DNA from: Candidatus Micrarchaeota archaeon | Lineage (GTDB): Archaea > Micrarchaeota > Micrarchaeia > Anstonellales > Bilamarchaeaceae | Length of the DNA stretch: 46,178 nucleotides | Assembly: GCA_043816005.1 (NCBI GenBank) | Contig: JBDRIM010000005.1 | Span: 1 to 46,178, forward strand | Direction: 5' to 3' | Shown here: positions 27,166 to 36,649 of the stretch, one piece after another | Numbering within the stretch: the first letter of the stretch is position 1 | Layout of the letters: every line of letters begins with the position of its first letter | Translations under genes and position numbers: made by a program | Notes under the pieces: model-generated | What the model saw: only the letters and a program-made list of their open reading frames with translations | The model's database searches: none | What the model was told of the DNA's origin: nothing

Positions 27166-29313
27166 ATGGCAGCAACCATGCTTAAAGTAGCTGAAGCTTT
27201 TCAGAATGATATTGGAAGAGGAATTGCAAGAATCGATTCAAAAGCAAAAAATGAGCTTAGTGTATCGACAGGAGACATAATCAAGTTAGTTGGAAAAAAA
27301 TCAGCCCTTGCAATAGTATGGCAAGCACACCCAGATGATGAAGGAGTTGATATGATAAGAATGGATGGTATCCTTCGTCAAAATGTTGGAGTTGGACTTG
27401 GGGAAAAAGTCAGAGTAGAACAAGTACAGACAAAAGTTGCAAAGAAAATTGTCCTTGCACCGCAAGAACCAGTAAGATATTCAGTAGGATTTGACCAGTA
27501 TGTAAAGAAAAGACTTATAGGAAAGGCGTTGTTAAAAGGCAATCTTCTACCAGTTGGAATTTTTGGAACTTCAATACCTCTTGTAGTTGCTCAGGTATTG
27601 CCACAAGGACCAGTAATGGTAACTGAAGACACTGAAGTCAAGATAAATAAAGAACCCATAAAAGAAATCAAAAATGTTCCTAATATTACTTATGATGACG
27701 TTGGCGGAATGAAGGAAACAATCCAAAAAGTCCGCGAAATGATTGAACTCCCACTCAGGCATCCTGAAATTTTTGAAAGATTGGGAATAGATCCTCCAAA
27801 AGGTATCCTTCTTTATGGTGCCCCAGGTACTGGAAAAACTCTTCTTGCAAAATCAGTTGCAAATGAATCCGATGCTAACTTTTTTTATGTTGGTGGGCCT
27901 GAGATTATAAGTAAATTTGTAGGAGAAAGCGAAGAAAGATTAAGAAAATTATTTGCAGAAGCCCAGGAAAACGGACCTTCGATTATTTTCATCGACGAAA
28001 TTGATGCCATTGCACCAAAGCGTGAAGAAGTTACCGGTGAAGTTGAAAAGAGGATGGTTTCACAGCTTTTGACAATAATGGATGGTCTCAAAGCAAGAGG
28101 AGAGGTAATTGTTATAGGTGCAACAAACAGGCCAGATTCAATAGACCAGGCATTAAGAAGACCAGGAAGATTTGATCGTGAAATTGAAATAGGCGTACCT
28201 GATAGAAATGGTCGACGGGAGATATTGAATATCCATACAAGAAACATGCCTCTTGATAAGGATGTAGGATTGGCTGAAGTGGCTGCAATAACACATGGCT
28301 ATACAGGTGCTGATTTGTCTTTGCTAACAAAAGAGGCAGCCATCAAAGCTATGAGAAGAATTTTGCCACTTATTCATATAGAAGAAGAAACTTTGTCACC
28401 AGAACTCCTTGAGACTATAATAGTGAAAAGAGATGATTTTCTAAATGCAATGCACGAAATTCAGCCGTCAGCATTACGTGAAGTTTATGTTGAAAGACCT
28501 TCAGTAAAGTGGGCCGATATAGGGGGCCTAAATCAGATAAAAAAAGAGATACAAGAAGCAGTTGAATTGCCACTTAAAAAACCAGAAGTATTTGAAAAAA
28601 TGGGAATACGGCCAGTGAAGGGGATTTTACTTTGGGGACCTCCAGGTACTGGAAAAACTCTTCTTGCAAAAGCAGTTGCAAATGAAAGTGAAGCAAATTT
28701 CATTTCGATAAGTGCTGCACAGGTATTAACAAAATATGTTGGAGAATCGGAAAAAGCAGTGAGAGAGTTATTCAAAAAAGCAAGAATGTCAGCACCATGC
28801 GTATTATTTATTGATGAGATTGATGCCATAGCCAGTAGAAGAACCGGGAGTGGTGAGGCTGGGGTTATGGTTACTGAAAGAATAGTAAATACTTTACTTA
28901 CTGAAATGGATGGCCTTAGAAGTTTGAAACATGTTGTTGTTATTGCAGCAACAAACAGACCGGACATGTTAGACCCAGCATTATTACGTGCAGGTCGTTT
29001 TGATAGACTTATAGAAATTGTTACTCCTGATGAAAGTGCCAGACTTGAGATATTCAAAATTTCCACAGTAAAAATGCCATTGGATAAAGAGGTTAATCTC
29101 AAAGAATTAGCTAAACTTACAGAAGGATATACTGGTGCAGATATAAATAATATTACAAGAGAAGCAGGAATGGCAGCTATAAGAGAAGGATCGAAAAAAG
29201 TTGCTGCTAGACATTTCGAACTATCATTTAAGGCAATAATGCCAAGTATAAAAAAAGAGGATATTGAAAGTGTACAAAGATTCAAGATGTCTTCAGTTAC
29301 AATGTACAGGTGA
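27166..29313 (+). CDS. cdc48: CDC48/VAT AAA+ ATPase
   Basis: Double-psi N domain; two GxPGTGKT/FIDEID/ALxRxGRFDR modules; C-terminal HbYX motif (MYR); GAGGTGA RBS. Confidence 0.96.
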   Translation: MAATMLKVAEAFQNDIGRGIARIDSKAKNELSVSTGDIIKLVGKKSALAIVWQAHPDDEGVDMIRMDGILRQNVGVGLGEKVRVEQVQTKVAKKIVLAPQEPVRYSVGFDQYVKKRLIGKALLKGNLLPVGIFGTSIPLVVAQVLPQGPVMVTEDTEVKINKEPIKEIKNVPNITYDDVGGMKETIQKVREMIELPLRHPEIFERLGIDPPKGILLYGAPGTGKTLLAKSVANESDANFFYVGGPEIISKFVGESEERLRKLFAEAQENGPSIIFIDEIDAIAPKREEVTGEVEKRMVSQLLTIMDGLKARGEVIVIGATNRPDSIDQALRRPGRFDREIEIGVPDRNGRREILNIHTRNMPLDKDVGLAEVAAITHGYTGADLSLLTKEAAIKAMRRILPLIHIEEETLSPELLETIIVKRDDFLNAMHEIQPSALREVYVERPSVKWADIGGLNQIKKEIQEAVELPLKKPEVFEKMGIRPVKGILLWGPPGTGKTLLAKAVANESEANFISISAAQVLTKYVGESEKAVRELFKKARMSAPCVLFIDEIDAIASRRTGSGEAGVMVTERIVNTLLTEMDGLRSLKHVVVIAATNRPDMLDPALLRAGRFDRLIEIVTPDESARLEIFKISTVKMPLDKEVNLKELAKLTEGYTGADINNITREAGMAAIREGSKKVAARHFELSFKAIMPSIKKEDIESVQRFKMSSVTMYR

Positions 29314-29323
29314 TCAAATAAGA

Positions 29324-29698
29324 TTGAGTTTATTTTTCAAATTAATGTTGATTTCTTTATGTACCACATTGCTTGTGTTTGCCCTTACGCCAGATGCAAC
29401 ATTGATTGGTGCACTGAAGATGATGGCACTTGGAATTGTTTTGTCAATAGTAATTACATTTGTTTATCCTGAAGTTCGTGGAGTAAAAACAGGAGATCCC
29501 GTATCTGTAGTTAATGGCGGCGGGATAAATGGACTTCTTGGAAGATTTGGAAGAGCTACTGCACCAGCAAGAAAAAATGAGCAGATAAAAATATTATTAG
29601 ATAATGGTGGGGAAGTAGTTGGAATCGTTGAAAGCTATATAGGTCTGGTAGGCCCGGCTAAAATTCGCCTTCTTTACGAAGAAAAATTGGTGGAATGA
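29324..29698 (+). CDS. Small membrane protein, NfeD-C-like topology (start uncertain)
   Basis: Two TM helices plus a beta-rich C-terminus. AGGTGA at the cdc48 stop precedes TTG at 29324. Confidence 0.55.
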   Translation: MSLFFKLMLISLCTTLLVFALTPDATLIGALKMMALGIVLSIVITFVYPEVRGVKTGDPVSVVNGGGINGLLGRFGRATAPARKNEQIKILLDNGGEVVGIVESYIGLVGPAKIRLLYEEKLVE

Positions 29699-29699
29699 A

Positions 29700-30434
29700 G
29701 TGCATACTCTTATAGGAACGGATGAAGCAATACAAATAGTGATTAGTGTTCTTGCCATAACCGTAGCCATGGCACTTGTTTTTGCAGGTCTTGACGGTAT
29801 GTTTTCTAGCCCAAAAGAATTCATAATGTTTCTAATGCCGATTTTAGTTACTATGGGAAGTGGGTTTATCCTTCATGAAATGGCTCACAAACTCGTTGCA
29901 ATTCATTATGGTGCCCAAGCACGATTTCGCATGTGGTTACAGGGCATAGTTTTCATGCTTGTAATGTCAGTTATTGGAGTTCTTTTTGCAGCTCCTGGTG
30001 CAGTTTATATATATGCAGAAAAAATAACACGAAAACAAAATGGGATAATCTCGCTTGCCGGTCCAGTACTCAATATTTTTCTTTTGTTATTTTTCATATT
30101 AATGCAAAAATTTGCACCCATAACTCAGTATTATAGCTTTCTTACACCATGGGGTAACAGTTTCAGCGGATTTGGGATAATGTTTGGTGCACTTAGTGTC
30201 TGGCAATTTGGAGCTGCCATGAACCTTATACTTGCACTTTTCAATATGATCCCGGCCTTTCCCCTTGACGGCAGCAAGGTTTTTGCATGGAATAAATTGA
30301 TATGGATTGGGTTTGTGTTTGTTCTGTTAATTTTAGGAAGTATATTGATTCAACCAGGGATTGTAATAGGGTGGGGGATCATGCTGTTGATATTGTTGAT
30401 TCTTTCAAAATTATTCTTCCAGGTGAAAAAATGA
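29700..30434 (+). CDS. Site-2 protease (M50) membrane metalloprotease
   Basis: LHEMAH, APGAV, AGP, NMIPAFPLDG. Confidence 0.92.
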   Translation: MHTLIGTDEAIQIVISVLAITVAMALVFAGLDGMFSSPKEFIMFLMPILVTMGSGFILHEMAHKLVAIHYGAQARFRMWLQGIVFMLVMSVIGVLFAAPGAVYIYAEKITRKQNGIISLAGPVLNIFLLLFFILMQKFAPITQYYSFLTPWGNSFSGFGIMFGALSVWQFGAAMNLILALFNMIPAFPLDGSKVFAWNKLIWIGFVFVLLILGSILIQPGIVIGWGIMLLILLILSKLFFQVKK

Positions 30435-30991
30435 GAGGAGCCGAAGCAACCGTCACTAAAACAAAAATTATTAGTCGTCCTGCCGTATTAAAGAGTAGAA
30501 TTCCAAAAAATTATCGTGTTAAAGAACTTGACCGCAAGCTCAGAATTGAAAGAACAAGAAATGAAGCCAAACTTTTGAATAAAGCAAAGTTAGCAGGTGT
30601 AAAATGTCCAACTGTTCTTCAAGTTGACGAATTTAACATTACAATGTCTTATGTTGATGGTAAGCGACCGAAAATGGATAAAAAAGAAGCTAGAGAAACT
30701 GGAATTTTGCTTGCTAAGCTTCATATGGCAGACATCATTCATGGTGATTATACTCCTGCCAATTTGATTAAAACCAAGAATGATGAGTTGATAGTAATTG
30801 ATTTTGGTTTGGGTTATATTTCTAAAGATATTGAGGATAAAGCAGTTGATGTTTTCACTATGCTTCGATCGTTTGGAAATAACAAAATCGCAAACGAATC
30901 TTTTTTGTCAGCTTATCACGAATATGACAGGGCTGAAGAGGTATTAGTACGAGTTAAAGCGGTTGAAAAAAGAGTAAGGTATGCAGTTTAA
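30431..30991 (+). CDS. bud32: KEOPS kinase Bud32
   Basis: MRGAEA, KSRIPKNYR...RTRNEA, IIHGDYTPAN, IDFGL, EDKAVD, RY C-terminus. ATG at 30431 overlaps the upstream stop. Confidence 0.92.
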   Translation: MRGAEATVTKTKIISRPAVLKSRIPKNYRVKELDRKLRIERTRNEAKLLNKAKLAGVKCPTVLQVDEFNITMSYVDGKRPKMDKKEARETGILLAKLHMADIIHGDYTPANLIKTKNDELIVIDFGLGYISKDIEDKAVDVFTMLRSFGNNKIANESFLSAYHEYDRAEEVLVRVKAVEKRVRYAV

Positions 30992-31036
30992 TTACACTAG
31001 AAGATATTATAAACATTCAAAACATTTACCTAACTA

Positions 31037-31945
31037 ATGGTAGTTGATAGCACTGTTGCGATCATAGCGTTAATTCTGTATGCTCTGGTTGTTATATTCG
31101 GCATAATGATAGTAGTAGTAATAGTTTTAGCAGTCTTAATGCTTATTTTTGGTTTGTTGATTAGAGGACTTACTGAGGATCGGATTATAGATTTAATCGA
31201 CGTAGATACAGTGTCGGCAGGAAAGGTAAGTATAACTATTGGAGCTGTAAAGACCGAAGAAAACCAGATAACACTGGAGGTATATAATAAACAAAAGATA
31301 CAAATACCAAAAAAAGATATAATTGGAGTTGTTGAATGGAAGAGGTTAGGGCCATCTCTAGTGTGGATTTATTACCAAAAACAGAACAGGCTATGTGTAG
31401 TCGCTTTTACTAGTCCCGGTAATTCAAAGAGAATGCATGCACTCACAGAAAAATCCATAATTGTCCCATTTGGATCAAATTATGGAATAAACACGTGGTG
31501 GGATCTGATGGGAGGAGGCATATCTCATGTTTATTTTGGAAACCAACCAGAGAAATTAATAGAGAATAAAACTACAGCATTTACAAAATCCCCATATATA
31601 CAACTAGCAGATGTTAGATATCTAAGATTGGATGAATTCAGAGGGATGAAATTCGAAGAAATAGAAAGAGATAAGGTTAAGGTATTGAAGCTTCCATTTT
31701 ACTTTTCCTCAGCAGGGTTTTTTAGTGGGATAGATATATATGACAACGCAGTGGTAATCAAAAGTGGTGTATACAGATTTATTATTCCAAAAGAAAAAAT
31801 CAAATCATTTTGGAAAGTTAGTGGAGGTTACAGTATAATACATAGTGCAAAAAATGCACCTGAGAGGATAGATGTAGTGGGAAATGCAGAGAGCATAGCT
31901 GATAAGCTAATAGAACTAGGATATAAAATCGAAGGAAAAATGTAA
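31037..31945 (+). CDS. Hypothetical membrane-anchored protein
   Basis: Long N-terminal hydrophobic segment; two IP(K)-x-x-I beta-rich units. Confidence 0.65.
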   Translation: MVVDSTVAIIALILYALVVIFGIMIVVVIVLAVLMLIFGLLIRGLTEDRIIDLIDVDTVSAGKVSITIGAVKTEENQITLEVYNKQKIQIPKKDIIGVVEWKRLGPSLVWIYYQKQNRLCVVAFTSPGNSKRMHALTEKSIIVPFGSNYGINTWWDLMGGGISHVYFGNQPEKLIENKTTAFTKSPYIQLADVRYLRLDEFRGMKFEEIERDKVKVLKLPFYFSSAGFFSGIDIYDNAVVIKSGVYRFIIPKEKIKSFWKVSGGYSIIHSAKNAPERIDVVGNAESIADKLIELGYKIEGKM

Positions 31946-32034
31946 ATGGTAAGGCAATTATCAGAGTCTTTTTTATCAAGCCTTTTCTTAGACCATTTCA
32001 TCCATATTAAAAACATTATTTAACAAATAAAAAA

Positions 32035-32287
32035 TGGGCTAGATGGGAATTAGGGGCTCCCGCGCCGTAAATCCTCTTAGACGGATCGAATGCCCGGGGC
32101 GTTTTGTCAGATATTCATGCCCATTACCTTAAGCGTTGACGTCCTGCCTTATATGGCGGGATAATATGTGAACCGGGTCAGATCGGAAGAAGCAGCCCTA
32201 AACCTATTGTGCCGTGCTTGTAAGATACAGGATTGAGTGGATGGTGATGGCTCCTTGCATATTTGCCATGGCAAACCGGGAAGCCCA
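32035..32287 (+). ncRNA. ffs: Signal recognition particle (7S) RNA
   Basis: Helix 8 GGGTCAGATC-GGAA-GAAGCAGCCC at 32175-32198. Termini TGGGCT/AGCCCA pair. Helix-5 pairings CCATTACC/GGTGATGG and CCCGG/CCGGG. T-run follows the 3' end. Confidence 0.88.
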
Positions 32288-32292
32288 CTTTT

Positions 32293-32555
32293 GTTTTGCT
32301 AATTTTTCTCGCTCCGCTCGAAAAATGCAAAACACACAGATGGCAGATAGTCCTTAGGAAAGGCTGGTGATCTTGAAAGCGCAGCTTTCAAGCGGAAGCC
32401 CATGTTCTTTTTTTATGAAAAACAATAGAGAACCACGTTCTCTGTACCCCATTGTTCTGAACAATGTAATGGACCAAAAACGGACTAGTTAATTTTCGCT
32501 TCACAAAAATGGGCTGTTTTGAACGGATTGCCGTTCAAACTGAAGCCCACTTTTC
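32293..32555. repeat. Hairpin cluster downstream of SRP RNA, ending in a copy of both SRP termini
   Basis: CTTGAAAGC-gca-GCTTTCAAG 32372-32392; CATTGTT-ctg-AACAATG 32450-32466; AAAAATGGGCT...GAAGCCCACTTTT 32505-32554. Confidence 0.8.
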
Positions 32556-32575
32556 ATTAGATTTTAATTATGGAA

Positions 32576-33718
32576 TTAGTCATGTACAGCTGTCGTAGAT
32601 TGTACTGGGGTATTTTTTGAAGGTTGAATAGATGTATACAACTTTTGTGGCTGGTTATACTCAGGTACAGTAGTTGTAAATGGTACTGGAATAATTCTTG
32701 AAGGCGGATTAGATGTATGTTTTTGTGGTTGGTTAGATAAGAGTATAGCAGCTGTTATAGTCGCAATAAAAGTTCCTGATAATACAGCTCCAACACCAGC
32801 CAAAATATATTTATCTTTTCTACTAAGTGGAGTAGAAACTGGTTCTGGAGGCCAACAATCACATGCAAGAAACGCATCAAGCATTTCCCTCATACTTTGG
32901 AAACGTTTATTCGGATCACTGTCTAAAGCAGTCACGACTACATTTTCTAAATCAGGATGAACTTTTAGAGAAGGAAATCGCCTAGATATTGGAACTACAC
33001 CAAGAGAAAAATATGAACGTGGTAAAGTGCCAGTGATAAGTTGGTATAAGATTACACCGACAGAATAGATGTCTGAGGTATAACCAAAACCAACAGAACC
33101 TCTAAGCCTTTCTGGAGAAGAATAATCTTTAGTACCTAGTGATGAGATTTCTGAACTCGCTGGATCGGATAATGACCTTGCAATTCCAAAATCAATTAAA
33201 CGTAGAACAGCTTGATCATATAATAAATTAGCGGGTTTGATATCTCTATGCTCAATATCTGCTTCATGACAAGCAATTAGTACTTTCATCAGCTGGATTC
33301 CGATATTACGAACAGCTCGAATTGGTATAAAATGTGTAGAATCTAAAAAATCTTGGAGTGTACGCGGGTTATAATAATCAAATACCATAAATCTAGTTCC
33401 TAAATCCCGACCTACATCCAAAAGAGGGACGATTTGTGGATGATGAACTTGTGCACTAAAATGCTGTTCATTAGAAAAAACAATAAGTGCCTCTTGGTTT
33501 GTAACCAACCAAGGAAGCAAGACCTTGACTGCAACATCAACTTCGCGAGCTTTGTCTCTAGCACGATAAACATTTCCATAGCTTCCTTTTCCGGCTAAAG
33601 CACAAATATCATATCTATCAACTAAAACTCTTCCAAGAAATGGATCAGATTGGATGGTAGCAGGTGGAGTGTGCACTGGGAGTGACATAGGAAAAGATCT
33701 GGGGGCTAATGAACGCAT
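32576..33718 (-). CDS. Hanks-type (PknB-like) membrane Ser/Thr protein kinase
   Basis: GKGSYGNVY, VAVK, HRDIKPAN, DFG, GTKDYSSPE, DIYSVG; one TM helix and a Pro/Thr-rich tail. Confidence 0.9.
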   Translation of the reverse strand: MRSLAPRSFPMSLPVHTPPATIQSDPFLGRVLVDRYDICALAGKGSYGNVYRARDKAREVDVAVKVLLPWLVTNQEALIVFSNEQHFSAQVHHPQIVPLLDVGRDLGTRFMVFDYYNPRTLQDFLDSTHFIPIRAVRNIGIQLMKVLIACHEADIEHRDIKPANLLYDQAVLRLIDFGIARSLSDPASSEISSLGTKDYSSPERLRGSVGFGYTSDIYSVGVILYQLITGTLPRSYFSLGVVPISRRFPSLKVHPDLENVVVTALDSDPNKRFQSMREMLDAFLACDCWPPEPVSTPLSRKDKYILAGVGAVLSGTFIATITAAILLSNQPQKHTSNPPSRIIPVPFTTTVPEYNQPQKLYTSIQPSKNTPVQSTTAVHD

Positions 33719-33757
33719 GTTGTAATTAGTGGTACGTACAGTTTAAATAAATAACGA

Positions 33758-34225
33758 TTAAAACAGTTTCTTTATTTCCACAATCTGCCCATGATTTGCT
33801 TTTTGCAATTCTTTTGTAGAAATTTTCAAAAGAGCAGTTTGTGAACCGCCACCGCCGTAAACAAATTCTTTTTCCATAACTCTTTGATCAATTAGAAAAA
33901 TAGCAGTAAAACCAAATGGTGGTGTACCTCCACAAGGATATCCTGTTTTTTCAAGCATTTCGTCTGGTTTTGCAATGCGGAGTTTTAATTTAGCAAAATT
34001 TTGGATCTTAGAAATATCAACCTTATCTTCTCCTTTCACAATGCCAACAAAAAAATTCCCATTTTGATCAACAGTACAAATACTTTTGATAAAATCAGTT
34101 GGTTGTGCATTTACAACTTCTGCTGCTTCCTTAACAGAATGACAAGACTCTTTGAAACTGAGGTGTTCTGCTTTGATATTATGTAGATTAATGTAGTGTT
34201 TGAGCTTTTCCTCGTATTCATTCAT
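33758..34225 (-). CDS. YbaK/EbsC aminoacyl-tRNA editing domain protein
   Basis: SVKEAAE, IKSI, TGYPCGGTPPFG, YGGGG. Confidence 0.88.
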   Translation of the reverse strand: MNEYEEKLKHYINLHNIKAEHLSFKESCHSVKEAAEVVNAQPTDFIKSICTVDQNGNFFVGIVKGEDKVDISKIQNFAKLKLRIAKPDEMLEKTGYPCGGTPPFGFTAIFLIDQRVMEKEFVYGGGGSQTALLKISTKELQKANHGQIVEIKKLF

Positions 34226-34277
34226 GTTTTCACTCTAATGTGGATGAAAGCATACTTTTTGAGATTATGTTTCAAAA

Positions 34278-35552
34278 TCAGCATGCACCACAGTCTAAAA
34301 CCGCACCCTGAGTGGTTCCATGTCCAGTAGTGCTATCATAAAGCGCATTTTCTGCATTTAATGCATTAATTTCATTTGTAAGCTCGGTCTGAACATCTGT
34401 TTTGAGTTTTTCAAATGCTGCATCACAAGCAGCCTGACAAGTTGCACCTGTTGCTTGATTTGTTAATGGGAGTGCACCAGCTTTGATACTGTTTGATGTA
34501 TCCTGACAACGTAAGGCATGACCTTCCTCGTGTGTTTTAGTATTTTGAAGGAATGTATCCCAATGTTGTTTTTCACATGTTGTTCCTGAATCATAATTGG
34601 TCCAATCTGGGAAGTCAATATTTATTTCTGGAGTCACAGTAACGCTGGTCACTGAAGCAGTACAATTACAGGTACATGATTGTTGATCTGGTACGGGAGT
34701 GAAACTTGAGCAGAAATTTTGTCTGTACCTGCAACGTGTTTGTGCAAAGAACCCAGTACCTAAACCACCGCCAGAATTTACCTCATCACATAAATCGCTA
34801 TAATTATTATTCAGATTATATGGAACTGGGTTCGAGTCATGGGCCCAGCCGTCTGAGATAGTACTACCGTAAAATGTAAGCACACCACTGTCAACTTCAC
34901 CACATAGATCACCTACCTCAGCTGATAAGCTGCAAGTTTCTGCAAGATAGTATGCATCACTTTCAGACAATGCATATGCATAAACCATACTTTCTCCAAT
35001 TAACCCAGCACCATCTTCAACAGTGACCTTAATTTCATTGTACTCGCCTTCGAGGATAAATAATGGAACCGAGTACATTGTTGGACTTGCACAGTTTTCT
35101 GGACAGGTTGCATTAAATGATTCGATAGGCTCGTTATCAACATAAACAGTAAATTGAACATAATCAGTGAATGGTTGGTTATTTTCAGCAATTATTTCAT
35201 ATTCACTTCCAACTACAAGTGCACGACCAATTGGTGCTTCGTATGTTGCTAAATCAATTACTCTAACATCATCGACATATGTTTTTGTTGGTACAGTTAG
35301 TAGGGGATAGTTTGCTGGTGCACTCATAAGTGACGATAATGGGGACTGGGGTGACTGGGTTGGTGAAATGTTTTGTGGTTGAGTTGGCGTATCATTTTGT
35401 TGAATTGATGAACAATTTTGCTCAGGACAGTTACATGGTTGAACTGGTTGGTTTGTACAATTATTAATTATCACAGGAGGCTGGTTACAAAGATTAACAC
35501 AACCATATAGAAATAAAATGACTAACACAGCACCAAGAAGATAAAGTTTCAT
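34278..35552 (-). CDS. Secreted Cys-rich lipoprotein with C-terminal DUF922-like zinc metalloprotease domain
   Basis: LYGC lipobox; FPDW...W..F....THEEGH...YD..T.HG..QGA. Confidence 0.75.
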   Translation of the reverse strand: MKLYLLGAVLVILFLYGCVNLCNQPPVIINNCTNQPVQPCNCPEQNCSSIQQNDTPTQPQNISPTQSPQSPLSSLMSAPANYPLLTVPTKTYVDDVRVIDLATYEAPIGRALVVGSEYEIIAENNQPFTDYVQFTVYVDNEPIESFNATCPENCASPTMYSVPLFILEGEYNEIKVTVEDGAGLIGESMVYAYALSESDAYYLAETCSLSAEVGDLCGEVDSGVLTFYGSTISDGWAHDSNPVPYNLNNNYSDLCDEVNSGGGLGTGFFAQTRCRYRQNFCSSFTPVPDQQSCTCNCTASVTSVTVTPEINIDFPDWTNYDSGTTCEKQHWDTFLQNTKTHEEGHALRCQDTSNSIKAGALPLTNQATGATCQAACDAAFEKLKTDVQTELTNEINALNAENALYDSTTGHGTTQGAVLDCGAC

Positions 35553-35597
35553 ACTTTTCCTTCAGAGAAAAAATATAAATAAGTTTTGGTTTTTTAA

Positions 35598-36584
35598 TTA
35601 ACCAGTTCTCCTCTTCCAAACCATTTCAGAACAATTGGCAACTTCTTTTTTCCCACCTGGTTTTATAACTGGCAAATAAGCTTTTCCAAGTTCTCGCAAT
35701 TCTTTTGCAACCTTTCCAGGATCAATATCTGCGCTTATCATCAAATCTACCAACAGATCATTTCTTTTTGGCCATTCACGAAGTCTTGCTTTTTCATTGC
35801 CATCTATATCAGCAGTTAGTATATCGAATGTTCCCACACCCATAATCGAATCAACCTTAGCTCTAATTTTAGATGTGTCACCTGAAAGATATGCTTTTTG
35901 TATTTCATCATAACCAACAAGCTGTTCGAAAACAGATATTGTCATTACTCCCATAGGATATACTCCAAAAGAATTTTCCAGTGTAAGTGCAGTTCCTGTT
36001 GATTTAACTGTAAGAAATTCAGTCATGCCTTCATCGAGAAAATGAGTTATCTCTGATTTTCTTGAGGTTGCAGAGATATAATGAAGGGATTCGTGAACCA
36101 GTTCCTTAGTGAAAGAGGTGGGATGCTCTTTTCGCGTTTCAGTATGTTCATCTTCACGAATAAAAACAACATTGCTTCTTCTATCGAACAGCACACCTGG
36201 AAAAGTTCCATCAGTATTTGAATAGAACGCATGAACTCCGGATTTTGAACATGGTTCTACTTTTCCCAAAGCAAGGAAAAAGTCCCTCGGTGCAATAATA
36301 AAATAAGGTGGAAATTTTTCAATTAACTCTCGTTGTTCTTGAGGCAATGACCGACGTAATATTTCCATAGCATCGCTTGTATGTGACTGTGGCATTTGAT
36401 AGGAACGATCAAAAATATCTTGAAGTCTATCTCTACCAACACTTGATTGTACCCTCACTGCATCAATTGGAGAGTCTATAAGTGCAGTGAGATATGTCCT
36501 TGCCTGTTGTGGTGTTGAAACATAAACCCAGGAATCTGGATATTTTACTTTTGGTTGTGGTTCAACACGACGTTCGGCACACAT
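35598..36584 (-). CDS. Gluzincin-like metalloprotease domain protein
   Basis: VHESLH...LDEGMTE; no signal peptide. Confidence 0.65.
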   Translation of the reverse strand: MCAERRVEPQPKVKYPDSWVYVSTPQQARTYLTALIDSPIDAVRVQSSVGRDRLQDIFDRSYQMPQSHTSDAMEILRRSLPQEQRELIEKFPPYFIIAPRDFFLALGKVEPCSKSGVHAFYSNTDGTFPGVLFDRRSNVVFIREDEHTETRKEHPTSFTKELVHESLHYISATSRKSEITHFLDEGMTEFLTVKSTGTALTLENSFGVYPMGVMTISVFEQLVGYDEIQKAYLSGDTSKIRAKVDSIMGVGTFDILTADIDGNEKARLREWPKRNDLLVDLMISADIDPGKVAKELRELGKAYLPVIKPGGKKEVANCSEMVWKRRTG

Positions 36585-36649
36585 AGGATAGATAGATACG
36601 TAGATAGTTTAAAATTAAGTTGTGATTTGACTAAAAATAAGAATAAAAA

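Noticed and set aside
28533..29285. 250-aa minus-strand ORF
   Set aside because: Antisense in-register shadow of cdc48, like many shorter antisense ORFs in the track.
30302..30430. N-terminal extension of Bud32
   Set aside because: It overlaps the M50 protease. The family start MRGAEA at 30431 has an AGGTGA RBS.
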